DNA of 63,081 nucleotides from positions 1-63,081 of the IMG/VR virus record IMGVR_UViG_3300010373_000008. The stretch is one strand, 5' to 3'. The position numbers and the translations under genes were made by a program. Each line of letters opens with the position of its first letter. Position 1 is the first letter of the stretch. Shown piece after piece: positions 53,841 through 62,846 of the stretch. The notes under the pieces were generated by a model that made no database searches, had not been told where the DNA came from, and was given only the letters and a program-made list of their open reading frames with translations. This DNA comes from a virus.

Positions 53841-54749
53841 CTAATCCCATACGAATTCACTCTCGTCCCATTCTCTACTGTATTCCCTACCTTGCCCAGT
53901 AAAGAAATCATTGGATACATAGTTGTTGATCCCATTATAGAACCATCCAGCAATTGGATTGTACGTTACTTCAAACAGATTCTCGTACCCTAAGTTCCTT
54001 AGTACTAGATTGATACGACTTTCAATGAAGTGCTTCATCTGTACATCTGTAATGCCTTCGATCTTTCCCTTGGAAAAGATCTTGTCTACGATAGCACACT
54101 CGTGCTCATATACGGTACGAGCCATGTTGTAGATATCATCTTCTAAAGTTACAGTTGAATCGTAACCTTCTTTCTTCAAGGTTCTGAATAACCAAGCACT
54201 AGCTTCGGAATGAATAGCCTCATCTCTAGCTGAGAAGTTAATACCACGTACTACATTAAGTAGTTTGTTCTTTCCTTGAGACTGGAAGTGCTTTAAGAAA
54301 GCGAAGTTACTGTAAAGGATAACTCCCTCAGCAAAAGCTAGGGCAGCTAGAGCTGTGGTTAAATCTTTGGACATAGCCCAATTGTGTAGAGAGTTAGCTC
54401 TCGCAGTTAATTCAGGATCTCTTAGGTATTCAGTGTAGAACTTATCATCAGCAAGTCCTAAAGCTTCATTGATCTTGGAGTAGAATGGACTGTGAACACA
54501 CAGCTCAATAAAGGAGAAGCACTTAGCCATGCGTTGAATATCAGCAGGTCGTTGGAAATTATCAAATACTAAACGTTGCCAATACTCCGTACCGATAATC
54601 ACTTCATACATGGTGAATAGCTTCAGAGTTGTAGTAACTCCGTGGCGTTCTGATTCAGTCATGTTAACTAGAATATCTTGTACGTCCTTCTCTACTTTAA
54701 TCTCTTCTGCTGTCCAGAATACAGACAATTGATCTTCGGTAAACTTCAA
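53841..54749 (-). CDS. nrdB: Ribonucleotide reductase small subunit
   Basis: FWTAEEIKVEKD, FAEGVILYSNFAFLKHF and SARDEAIHSEA. The N-terminus may be mis-set, because the only start available is a TTG. Confidence 0.75.
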   Translation of the reverse strand: MKFTEDQLSVFWTAEEIKVEKDVQDILVNMTESERHGVTTTLKLFTMYEVIIGTEYWQRLVFDNFQRPADIQRMAKCFSFIELCVHSPFYSKINEALGLADDKFYTEYLRDPELTARANSLHNWAMSKDLTTALAALAFAEGVILYSNFAFLKHFQSQGKNKLLNVVRGINFSARDEAIHSEASAWLFRTLKKEGYDSTVTLEDDIYNMARTVYEHECAIVDKIFSKGKIEGITDVQMKHFIESRINLVLRNLGYENLFEVTYNPIAGWFYNGINNYVSNDFFTGQGREYSREWDESEFVWD

Positions 54750-54802
54750 AGCCTCTGGATATTCTACGATATACGTTTGTTTAGGCTGTAGTATATGGGA
54801 CG

Positions 54803-54997
54803 TTATTGTCGTGCTCCATTATCTGCTAGTGTAAACTTGGAACGTACTTTATTCTCCACTAAATCAGCGATTATAATTGCCTCCTCGGGGCTACTGTTGG
54901 TCTGGCGTTCTTGCATGTAAGAGGCAAACCAAAGTTCAATACAGCATTTATCAATTGTATATTGCATATAATTATTTCCTAATATGTTATTAGACAT
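54803..54997 (-). CDS. Hypothetical protein
   Basis: 64 aa. Confidence 0.45.
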   Translation of the reverse strand: MSNNILGNNYMQYTIDKCCIELWFASYMQERQTNSSPEEAIIIADLVENKVRSKFTLADNGARQ

Positions 54998-55006
54998 GGT
55001 TATCCT

Positions 55007-55210
55007 TTAGATAGCTAAACGAAGTACTGGGACTTCTTCTCCTGCTCCATCAGCTACTAGTACTGAGCTGATATTAATCAGTGTAGTCTCCGCGCCTGTA
55101 CGTTGCATAGTGGCAATAGCTCTTTCAATTATCAGCTCTAGATCAGTCTCGAACACCAGTTGTACTGGCTGTCCGGACTTAAGTGTTACGATTTGAGGTA
55201 CGCTAGTCAT
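55007..55210 (-). CDS. Hypothetical protein
   Basis: 67 aa. Confidence 0.45.
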   Translation of the reverse strand: MTSVPQIVTLKSGQPVQLVFETDLELIIERAIATMQRTGAETTLINISSVLVADGAGEEVPVLRLAI

Positions 55211-55211
55211 G

Positions 55212-55463
55212 TTAGTGAGTGGGTCCTTCTGGCCACAGAATCTCCATCTGCTCTGGCTCCTTAGCTAACACTGCCTTTAAGCTAGCATCAAGTGATCTAG
55301 CCCAACGAATGGCCTCGAACAGAACAGTAGAGCTTACTTCCTGAACTTTCGTTTTACTATTGTAAACGCCATATCCCCTTGTTAGTCCCTGCTCTTTCTC
55401 GTAATGATTATCAGTGATTAGTACAGTGTAGTCCCCTGTTTCAAACAGGATGTTATTGTTCAT
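55212..55463 (-). CDS. Hypothetical protein
   Basis: 83 aa. Confidence 0.5.
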   Translation of the reverse strand: MNNNILFETGDYTVLITDNHYEKEQGLTRGYGVYNSKTKVQEVSSTVLFEAIRWARSLDASLKAVLAKEPEQMEILWPEGPTH

Positions 55464-55537
55464 TTATTATTCTCGTAATAGAAAGCCCCTCCAAGATAGA
55501 AGGGCTAGCATATCTATTTAGATATCCCCATTATTCA

Positions 55538-56068
55538 TCAGAAAGGAATATCATCGTCGGGGAATAGTTCAGCAGGCTTGGGAGTCTGTGCTTTGGCTTC
55601 CTCTACAGGATGCTCCGGAGGAGCTAGCCTCTTAGTATCATCGAAGTAACGCACAGTGAACTTATCAATATACATCTCGACTAGTTCAACTTTCTGAGCT
55701 ACTGTCTTGGCTTTGCCAAAGTCTAGAGCATTGGATTCAATCAGTAGCTTTACAGTCTCGATAGAATCCTTACGGCTCGACTGGTAGATAATAGAATCCT
55801 GTCGATCAGTATCAGGGACCCATGTCCTCTTAGGTGCAACTTCTACATTAGAAGGAACAGTAGGCTTAGCTAGTTGCTTAATTGTACGAGGATCAGCGTT
55901 CCAATACTGGCCCTTCTGCTCAGCCTCGAATTCGATGTAGTCACCCTCCTTAACAGGAGCAGCTACCTTACCTGTGCCGTACTGTACATTGTCTGCTACA
56001 AATCGATGCATCATCCCGTACTGACCGGGGGTAGACGTTACTCGTTCAACAGTTGCTGTAATCTTCAA
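55538..56068 (-). CDS. ssb: Single-stranded DNA-binding protein with an E. coli SSB-type acidic tip
   Basis: The C-terminus ends ...ELFPDDDIPF. It sits next to the polymerase. Confidence 0.65.
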   Translation of the reverse strand: MKITATVERVTSTPGQYGMMHRFVADNVQYGTGKVAAPVKEGDYIEFEAEQKGQYWNADPRTIKQLAKPTVPSNVEVAPKRTWVPDTDRQDSIIYQSSRKDSIETVKLLIESNALDFGKAKTVAQKVELVEMYIDKFTVRYFDDTKRLAPPEHPVEEAKAQTPKPAELFPDDDIPF

Positions 56069-56071
56069 GAA

Positions 56072-56293
56072 TCAAATCTCCGATTTAGATTTAGACCAGA
56101 TCATAATCGTATCATCTGGGTTGTTCAGTGTGTATCGTAGTACATAACAGAAGATGTTATCAGATGGAAATTCTTTTAACATCAGAGACGCTACATCTAT
56201 TGCCTGCTTTCTAGCAGAATAAACTCCCAGATCTGAATCTCTTACAGCAGCAAATATATCAGCATGTGCTGAGTATACATACTTAGTAGCCAT
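56072..56293 (-). CDS. Hypothetical protein
   Basis: 73 aa. Confidence 0.45.
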   Translation of the reverse strand: MATKYVYSAHADIFAAVRDSDLGVYSARKQAIDVASLMLKEFPSDNIFCYVLRYTLNNPDDTIMIWSKSKSEI

Positions 56294-56478
56294 TACCGAA
56301 TCTTCACTAGCTTGTAGATTGCTTCTTTCTTACGGCCCAACTTGACGGCGACTGGCTCTATACCTCGTTTCATATATTCTCTAGCCCTTTCTCTAGAGGA
56401 AAAGAATCCGCTAGATGTTGGATATGCCAAGAACTCGCCGGCATTATCTCTGTACGATACCACATACTTGTTCTTCAT
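56293..56478 (-). CDS. Hypothetical protein
   Basis: 61 aa. Confidence 0.45.
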   Translation of the reverse strand: MKNKYVVSYRDNAGEFLAYPTSSGFFSSRERAREYMKRGIEPVAVKLGRKKEAIYKLVKIR

Positions 56479-56517
56479 AAGAGTATTATACCTTAATAAT
56501 TAACTGTTGTCAACTTA

Positions 56518-58371
56518 TCAGATCTCCATCTGATACTTAAACTTATCACCCTCTCCCCAATGGGTACCTATGCCAATCTCACACCCTAAAGGCACTGTCA
56601 TCTTAAAGCTATAGAGATTCTCCAGTGTAAAGAATACGTCACTTGTGAAAGCTTTTACGATCTGCGCTTTGATCCACTCTAGATCTTCATCAGGACTCAC
56701 TTCCAAGACTACTGAATCATGGATGGTCAATACAAACCTTACCTTCCTACCACGTAGCCTGTGCCATAACCACACTAGACTGATAGGGACAATCTCTCCT
56801 GTACTGATTCCTTGGATTGGAAAGTTAAAGATAGCTGTCATGTTATCTACTTTCCCGTAGGCATTCATGCCAGTGCCGGGCCAGAAGAATTCCATTCCAT
56901 AAGGAGTACGTAGCTTACCTGTCTTTAGAACTTCGTATGTCCATGCGGTCTGCGCGGTGTACATGACATGATACTTATCCGCGAAGAATTTAGAGTACGC
57001 CTTATCGGCTTTAGTTATTCCTGTGCCGCCGAAGGTGGGACGGAATGTCTTAGGCTTGGCAGCTTGCCTAGCTTCTGCTACAGTCTTACCTTTAAATTCA
57101 GGATCTGATCCTTCTTTGATATAGAACTCAGCAGTAACGCTGTGAATATCAGCAGACTCAATGATCTCCTGTAGAGCTACAGGATCTCCTGTCAAAGAAG
57201 CAGCTCCTCGGAACTCTAGTTGAGATTGATCTGCCTCTACAATTAACCAATCCTCATGACGTGCTGTCACTAGCTTCTTATATTCACGAGGCATATTCTG
57301 CAACTGAATACCAAGCTCTGTTCCATTACGGAATGATAACTTCCTGCCGGAACTAGATAATCTGTGTGTAGAAGTTACTCCTTGGTTGTACAGTCCTTTG
57401 AAATTGCAATCATGTTCCTCACATACTCCCTTAAAGAACTCTAAGGTCTTGGATAGCTTGGCCTGTAGATTGGCCTGTCTCTTGAAAAGATCTAGGAACT
57501 CACGTTGTAGTTTGTTCGTAGCTTTCAGACTAGCAATAACTTCCTTAGTCGTTCCTCTCTGACCCGATGCTGTTCGTAGAGGCTGGCCCCTCCTGTCTCG
57601 TACTTCATCGAAGCCCAGCGTGTCATACAGAAGCTCTCCCACCTGCTGTCGAGATCTCCAATTAAGATCCCCGTATTGTCGTAATTGTTCTTCAACGTCT
57701 CGATATTCATGCAGCACCTTATCGTATTCAGACTTAACTCTTTCTGGATCTAAGGTAACGCCATTCTTTTCCATGTCTACCAGAACCGGAGTCAGTAGAC
57801 AACGAGCATATACTAGATGAAGTTGATCTCTATCTTTTAGTTCTTCCAACTGTTTAAGAAATACTTCAAGAGTAGTACGTACGTCCTCGTGGCAATACTC
57901 TTGTAGCCAAGGCTTGGGTATAGATCTAGGATCGACTCCTAGTTTAATCATCCAAGATACTGAATCGATCTTTCCCTGTAATCCCCTACGTTTAGCTAGA
58001 GATCCTAGGTCTTTAGGATCCTTCCTATTACCTAGGAGAACCCACTCAGCTAGGAAGGTATCGTATACAACTACTTCATGCAGATCTAAGCCGCATCTAT
58101 CTAACCAACCTAGCTCGAACTTAGCATTCTGTGCTACTAAATAATCTACCTCTGAAATCGCACGTAGAAGCTCCTGCTGCTCGTGCTCGCTTCCCCATGT
58201 GTGATGGGTAGTCTTAGTTCTGGAATCGTACCAGCAAGCTAACAGGAGTTCATTCTGTAGATTGAGTGATGATCCATATTCAATGGCAGATGTTTCAAAG
58301 TCTAGTACAATGTAACTTCCAGTCAAGTACAGATCAGGATCTGGACTGGTAAGTCTTTTAGGTAACTTCAA
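56518..58371 (-). CDS. Family A DNA polymerase with a 3'-5' exonuclease domain
   Basis: Exonuclease motifs: IVLDFETS, AQNAKFELGWL, YCHEDV. Polymerase motifs: A EADQSQLEFR, B RQAAKPKTFRPTFGG, C LTIHDSVVLE. Confidence 0.85.
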   Translation of the reverse strand: MKLPKRLTSPDPDLYLTGSYIVLDFETSAIEYGSSLNLQNELLLACWYDSRTKTTHHTWGSEHEQQELLRAISEVDYLVAQNAKFELGWLDRCGLDLHEVVVYDTFLAEWVLLGNRKDPKDLGSLAKRRGLQGKIDSVSWMIKLGVDPRSIPKPWLQEYCHEDVRTTLEVFLKQLEELKDRDQLHLVYARCLLTPVLVDMEKNGVTLDPERVKSEYDKVLHEYRDVEEQLRQYGDLNWRSRQQVGELLYDTLGFDEVRDRRGQPLRTASGQRGTTKEVIASLKATNKLQREFLDLFKRQANLQAKLSKTLEFFKGVCEEHDCNFKGLYNQGVTSTHRLSSSGRKLSFRNGTELGIQLQNMPREYKKLVTARHEDWLIVEADQSQLEFRGAASLTGDPVALQEIIESADIHSVTAEFYIKEGSDPEFKGKTVAEARQAAKPKTFRPTFGGTGITKADKAYSKFFADKYHVMYTAQTAWTYEVLKTGKLRTPYGMEFFWPGTGMNAYGKVDNMTAIFNFPIQGISTGEIVPISLVWLWHRLRGRKVRFVLTIHDSVVLEVSPDEDLEWIKAQIVKAFTSDVFFTLENLYSFKMTVPLGCEIGIGTHWGEGDKFKYQMEI

Positions 58372-58596
58372 TAATTAATTCCTCTAGAGTAGTAGCCTGT
58401 AGCGAGTGGACATTAGAATGTCTAGGAGCGTAAGGCTATGTAGATATAACTGAATATCAAAATCCAACTAGCTATGTTTAAGAAATCTACTGCAGTTCTT
58501 ATTATGGTTTTTATATATAGCTCTTAGCTTTTAAGTAGGTGTATGCTATAGTAGGGTCCTGCTATACACATATGATAGCATATAAATCTTCACCTG
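58372..58596. promoter_or_regulatory. AT-rich 225-bp intergenic region upstream of the polymerase operon
   Basis: No ORF. Contains the inverted repeat TATGCTAT...ATAGCATA. Its function was not determined. Confidence 0.3.
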
Positions 58597-58779
58597 TCAA
58601 GACATATCAAGTGGTAAAATAACCTTGGACTTGTCTACAAACTTGTCATCGTAATAAAGTCCTACATTTAGATAGTTGTTAATAACATATCCTTGTTCCG
58701 AAAGCCTAGACTCCCATACTGCTTCCGTCCACAAACTGATGGACAATTTACTGGGATCAAATTCAGTTGTCATACACAC
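58597..58779 (-). CDS. Hypothetical protein
   Basis: 60 aa. Confidence 0.45.
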   Translation of the reverse strand: MCMTTEFDPSKLSISLWTEAVWESRLSEQGYVINNYLNVGLYYDDKFVDKSKVILPLDMS

Positions 58780-58916
58780 GCCTCCAGATTCTCTACGTCT
58801 TTCTCATCAAATAGAAGTTCTAAATCCTCATTAGTTCCTACAGGATCAGCATCCGGCTTCACACGATATCCCATCAGTAGCCAGTCTAAGTACGTGTTAT
58901 TCATTTTCTTGCTCAT
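58770..58916 (-). CDS. Small protein (48 aa)
   Basis: ATG at 58916 within ORF 58770..59054. It overlaps the upstream TGA (ATGA). Confidence 0.35.
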   Translation of the reverse strand: MSKKMNNTYLDWLLMGYRVKPDADPVGTNEDLELLFDEKDVENLEACV

Positions 58917-59185
58917 GTTGATTCTTCGGCGGGCGGCTTGGGAAGTGGTTGCCAGTGGGTTGGTGCAGACCAGTGAGCAGTGCTGCCCAAGCCGAATCGA
59001 TCCTTTGTCCAGTTTCCTTTCGCGCCGTACTGCACTTTGCCGCGGGGCCACCAATGTCCCGTCAGAACCTCGTCATTCCAAAATAGGAGCACATGCGTCC
59101 CGTCCTTCGGCGCGCTCTCAATCGGCCGCCACTTCTCTTCTAGTTTAATCTTCTCGCTCTTAGCTCTATCAAATACACTCATCAC
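58913..59185 (-). CDS. DUF551-like phage protein
   Basis: KWRPIESAPKDGTHVLLFW pattern. The local DNA is GC-richer. Confidence 0.5.
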   Translation of the reverse strand: MMSVFDRAKSEKIKLEEKWRPIESAPKDGTHVLLFWNDEVLTGHWWPRGKVQYGAKGNWTKDRFGLGSTAHWSAPTHWQPLPKPPAEEST

Positions 59186-59496
59186 TTGGTCCTAGCTGCG
59201 CTGGGGGAGGGTGCGACTGGAAGGTGACCACATACATCTACCAGCATCATAGACATGTTGGCGACATCCGCAGCGTACTCACGGATGCGATCTGCGTCGT
59301 TGTCTCGCGCCGCCTTTGCAAGCTTCGCGACGTGGTAGTAGATTTCTAGTGTAGCTGTTTCACGAGACATTGACAGCCACCCAGGACGATCACCCTTGCC
59401 GGAATTAGCATGCAGCTCCGAGATCATCATGGAAACGAACGGTTGCAGTACGTCGTCATATTTACCAGTCATAGGAGCAAGATCCTCTAGCAGCAT
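59182..59496 (-). CDS. MazG-fold NTP pyrophosphohydrolase-like protein
   Basis: ELHANSGKGDRPGWL...LEIYYHVAKLAKA...DVANMSMML. Confidence 0.4.
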   Translation of the reverse strand: MLLEDLAPMTGKYDDVLQPFVSMMISELHANSGKGDRPGWLSMSRETATLEIYYHVAKLAKAARDNDADRIREYAADVANMSMMLVDVCGHLPVAPSPSAARTK

Positions 59497-59809
59497 CGAT
59501 TGCGGAATCCCAGCTCTTCTTTTCCCATCTATCCAGATCTCGACTATCTATGTAGTCATTTACGTATCTAGTAAATTTACTATCAGAGCGCAGATTCTCC
59601 CTCTTCATCATAATTTTATATCGCTCCGCATCTTCCCTGCACTCAGCAAGCGCGGCTTCGGCTTTCTCTGCCCTCAATGAGTCGCTACGGCTCAATTCCA
59701 GCGCCATTCTAGTTGCGTATTGTGCCTGATCAATCTTTGAATTTAGCACAAAGACCTCTGCACGAAGATCGAGGATCGTACCCTCCATCACTGCTTTGGA
59801 TATGCTCAT
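59462..59809 (-). CDS. Coiled-coil hypothetical protein
   Basis: 115 aa. Confidence 0.45.
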   Translation of the reverse strand: MSISKAVMEGTILDLRAEVFVLNSKIDQAQYATRMALELSRSDSLRAEKAEAALAECREDAERYKIMMKRENLRSDSKFTRYVNDYIDSRDLDRWEKKSWDSAIDAARGSCSYDW

Positions 59810-59890
59810 ACATACTGTTCCTCGAACATGTCTAGATCAGGATCATCGTTTTCAAATAGAGAACCTAGATCTCCCCACACACCGTTGATT

Positions 59891-60118
59891 TTAATTAGCA
59901 TATACTTGCTCCCATTCAATACTAACTCCGTTATTGCATACGACTCTAACGCTTCCTTGAGGTACTCTAGTCGTTAGGTACTTTAGTCCTCCGTAAGGAA
60001 TGCAGATAGATTGCGCTGTGTTAATTGTTTCAGTACTAACATCGTCGCCGATACCTACCGCTATGAATACGGATAGCATTGTTCCGAATATAATTCCCAC
60101 CAGAAACTGGTCCATCAC
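59891..60118 (-). CDS. Small membrane protein
   Basis: FLVGIIFGTMLSVFIAVGIG. Confidence 0.45.
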   Translation of the reverse strand: MMDQFLVGIIFGTMLSVFIAVGIGDDVSTETINTAQSICIPYGGLKYLTTRVPQGSVRVVCNNGVSIEWEQVYAN

Positions 60119-61329
60119 AGATCCTCAATTCTACTTAGAGTAGGGTTAATTCTCACAGCCCAATGACTGTGCTTAGCTGAAATCTTATTCTTGGGCAGGT
60201 TAAACATACGCTGGTTCAACTGATCGAACTCTGGATTAACTCCCGCCATCAACATTAGATCTGCTGTTGCTGGGATACCTGTGTTACTGAAGTCTACATC
60301 TCCCATACCTAGTACTAACTTGTTGTCGGCACTATCTCCTGCTTGTGTAATAGATACTGCTAGAGCATTATGTTTCTTACCAGCATTGCGCATAAATGTA
60401 GCAGCCATTTCTAGCTGATTAACTCTAGTCTCTCCTCCTACATTCATGTTCCGGATCTGGTCAACAGCAAATCCATCAGGATGATATCTATCTAGATACC
60501 TATTTATCTCTCGGGGAGTTCCTGGATTAAGAGGAATGAAGATGATATTGTTCCAGTTAAATTTCTCCAAGCGCTCGTTAGCTACCTTCTTATTCTCTCG
60601 TATCTGGTCAGCAGTCATGCCTGTCAAGCAGCTAGCCATACGAACACGAGTATCAATAACTGGCTCTTCATTACCGAAGATAATGAAACGCAGTCCTTGC
60701 ATAGCGAAGGCACGAGCTATAGATAGAGTAATCGCTGTCTTACCTGTCTCAGGTCTAGCTGCAATTACAATATGGTGACCACGTTTTGTCTTACCTTCTA
60801 GTACAGTGTTGAGTGATTTGGGATACAACTCAATCCTGTTAGCGGGGTCGAATGCTTCATCAATCAAATCATCTAAGGATCCTCCTTCATAAATCTCTTC
60901 CTCCTCTACATGCTTAACTGCACTTAAGTTCGAGTATTGTTCTATAAGTTCGTCGATCTTCGTTGACTTCTCCTTGTTAAGGAGAGCCGCTCCTAGCCTG
61001 TTGCCTACGTCAGAGCGCTTAGTTTCTAGGATAAGATCAACTAAGTTGACAGATGATACATCAATAGCCGAGCACTGTTTGATGTACTCATCGTACAGTT
61101 CTCTGTGCTGAGCTGACTTCTCAAATCGATGTTCCAACGTAGCTAAGATAATCTCTCTATCAATCTTCTTAGCAGATTCATCCTTCTCGTAGAATTCAGA
61201 TGCTAATGCTAATGCTAGACGTCCATACGGACTCAGTGAGTCTGGACTTAAGTGTTGAGATATTCTAGACCATGCAGTTCTGTCCTTGAAAATAGCTGCT
61301 ATAGTTTTCTTTTCAAAGTTATCTGTCAA
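60115..61329 (-). CDS. DnaB-like replicative helicase
   Basis: Walker A AARPETGKTAITLS, Walker B-like FAVDQIRNM, and ITQAGDSA. Confidence 0.75.
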   Translation of the reverse strand: MTDNFEKKTIAAIFKDRTAWSRISQHLSPDSLSPYGRLALALASEFYEKDESAKKIDREIILATLEHRFEKSAQHRELYDEYIKQCSAIDVSSVNLVDLILETKRSDVGNRLGAALLNKEKSTKIDELIEQYSNLSAVKHVEEEEIYEGGSLDDLIDEAFDPANRIELYPKSLNTVLEGKTKRGHHIVIAARPETGKTAITLSIARAFAMQGLRFIIFGNEEPVIDTRVRMASCLTGMTADQIRENKKVANERLEKFNWNNIIFIPLNPGTPREINRYLDRYHPDGFAVDQIRNMNVGGETRVNQLEMAATFMRNAGKKHNALAVSITQAGDSADNKLVLGMGDVDFSNTGIPATADLMLMAGVNPEFDQLNQRMFNLPKNKISAKHSHWAVRINPTLSRIEDL

Positions 61330-61439
61330 TTAGTCTGATCCCCAATTAGAATAAGTACGAGTATTGTAGCTGACTTTCTCAGCTTGTTTCTTTTCCCACT
61401 CAACCATAGATAGAGCTGTGGGATTTTCTTCATAAGCCA

Positions 61440-62285
61440 TTATAGTAAATCCTTAAAAAGTATTTCCAACTCCTTATCCGAACAGTCCTTGATGTCTTTA
61501 GTCAGCACTAGGATAGTTAGCTTTGGAAATAAATCCTTATACATCAACAACATATCTACTGCCTTTCCTGTAGCATCCTTATCCAAGGCGATTACTATGT
61601 GACTATATCCTGACTTCAGTAGTTCATTCACCTTCAAGGCGCTAAGATTAGTACCTAACAGAGCAACGCTGTTCATGTACAAGCATGCCTTGATTGCGCT
61701 GAACTGATCCTCTACTACAATCAAAGGTAATTTCAAGTTACTCTTTACAAAGTTGAAAGGATACCATGACATGGGTACATTGTCAACTCCTTGAATCATT
61801 CTGATAAGACTCTTAGGTCCCTCTCCTTCTCCTAGTCTACGAAAGTTTTGCCCTACGATCTGCAATGTCCTAGATCTAACTGGAATAGCTACGCGAGGCG
61901 AGCCTGCGTACCAATCCACGTAAGTCATCTGTGCACAATTGATATCTTGGTCAGTGAAGCCGTACTTATCCTTGAGACTATTACGAATCTCATCTGGAAG
62001 CTTGTGCAACTTCCCTCTGTAAGTTAGATCGAGATCTTTTTTCTTACTGGCGCTTTCTTTTTTCGTACCACTACCACTTCTACTGAGGGATCCACATCTA
62101 CTACAGGATGCTCTGTGACAGTTGTAGTTGATTTGGGTTTGCGTGACTTTAAGACTGAGCGTACGTTCTTTGCTGGTACCTCCGTTACAGAAGGGACAGA
62201 GCTGGCCGGCGAGTTGGACTTCATCGGATACACCTCCTGCAATTTCGAGAATAAGGAACTCTTCAAGGGAGATTTTACTAGGCAC
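61440..62285 (-). CDS. DNA primase (zinc finger + TOPRIM)
   Basis: CPFCNGG...NYNCHRASCSRCG, then VVEDQFSAIK and IALDKDATGKA. The GTG start is preceded by AAGAAGGAA. Confidence 0.75.
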   Translation of the reverse strand: MPSKISLEEFLILEIAGGVSDEVQLAGQLCPFCNGGTSKERTLSLKVTQTQINYNCHRASCSRCGSLSRSGSGTKKESASKKKDLDLTYRGKLHKLPDEIRNSLKDKYGFTDQDINCAQMTYVDWYAGSPRVAIPVRSRTLQIVGQNFRRLGEGEGPKSLIRMIQGVDNVPMSWYPFNFVKSNLKLPLIVVEDQFSAIKACLYMNSVALLGTNLSALKVNELLKSGYSHIVIALDKDATGKAVDMLLMYKDLFPKLTILVLTKDIKDCSDKELEILFKDLL

Positions 62286-62845
62286 GGGAATTCCTTCTTA
62301 ATAAGCGGTACTGCCTTGGCACAGTTGTCTCGATATACAGAGGATCTGCCAATTCCAATATTGGAATCAATGACTTCTCCAATGCGAGTTACACATTCAT
62401 CGGTAAGCATGTATCCCCTATTAGACTCTGGGGAATAGATACCGCATAGAATGATACTATCACCACCAGGGTGGGCTTTATTAATGAATGGGGGTAGTGT
62501 TACAAACATACCTTTCTTAGCGTTAGAGAGTGCTTTGAAAACATTGTAACTATGCTGCCCCGGATTTGTAGAAGCTCCGTTTGGCCCTATACTACAAACT
62601 CTAGCACTAATTACAACACAAGAAACATTTGGAAACTTGGCTTTAAATTGGTTATCAAATTCAGGAGTGTCTACAAAATCCTTAATCTCATCATAAGTAG
62701 CATATGTATTTGTAATACCACTCCACTTATCCTTTTTAATAGGACCGTGTACTACGGCCATGTAAGAGAAAGCACCAAGACCGCAGTTACCAGTTACGTT
62801 ATGCATGACTGTATGATCATACTGGGACATTAAAGTTAGAGTCAT
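62024..62845 (-). CDS. Hypothetical protein whose frame stays open 262 nt into the primase gene
   Basis: 273-aa ORF. The last ~87 aa are a Ser/Pro/Val/Lys-rich tail translated from the primase -1 frame. Confidence 0.5.
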   Translation of the reverse strand: MTLTLMSQYDHTVMHNVTGNCGLGAFSYMAVVHGPIKKDKWSGITNTYATYDEIKDFVDTPEFDNQFKAKFPNVSCVVISARVCSIGPNGASTNPGQHSYNVFKALSNAKKGMFVTLPPFINKAHPGGDSIILCGIYSPESNRGYMLTDECVTRIGEVIDSNIGIGRSSVYRDNCAKAVPLIKKEFPCLVKSPLKSSLFSKLQEVYPMKSNSPASSVPSVTEVPAKNVRSVLKSRKPKSTTTVTEHPVVDVDPSVEVVVVRKKKAPVRKKISI

Positions 62846-62846
62846 A

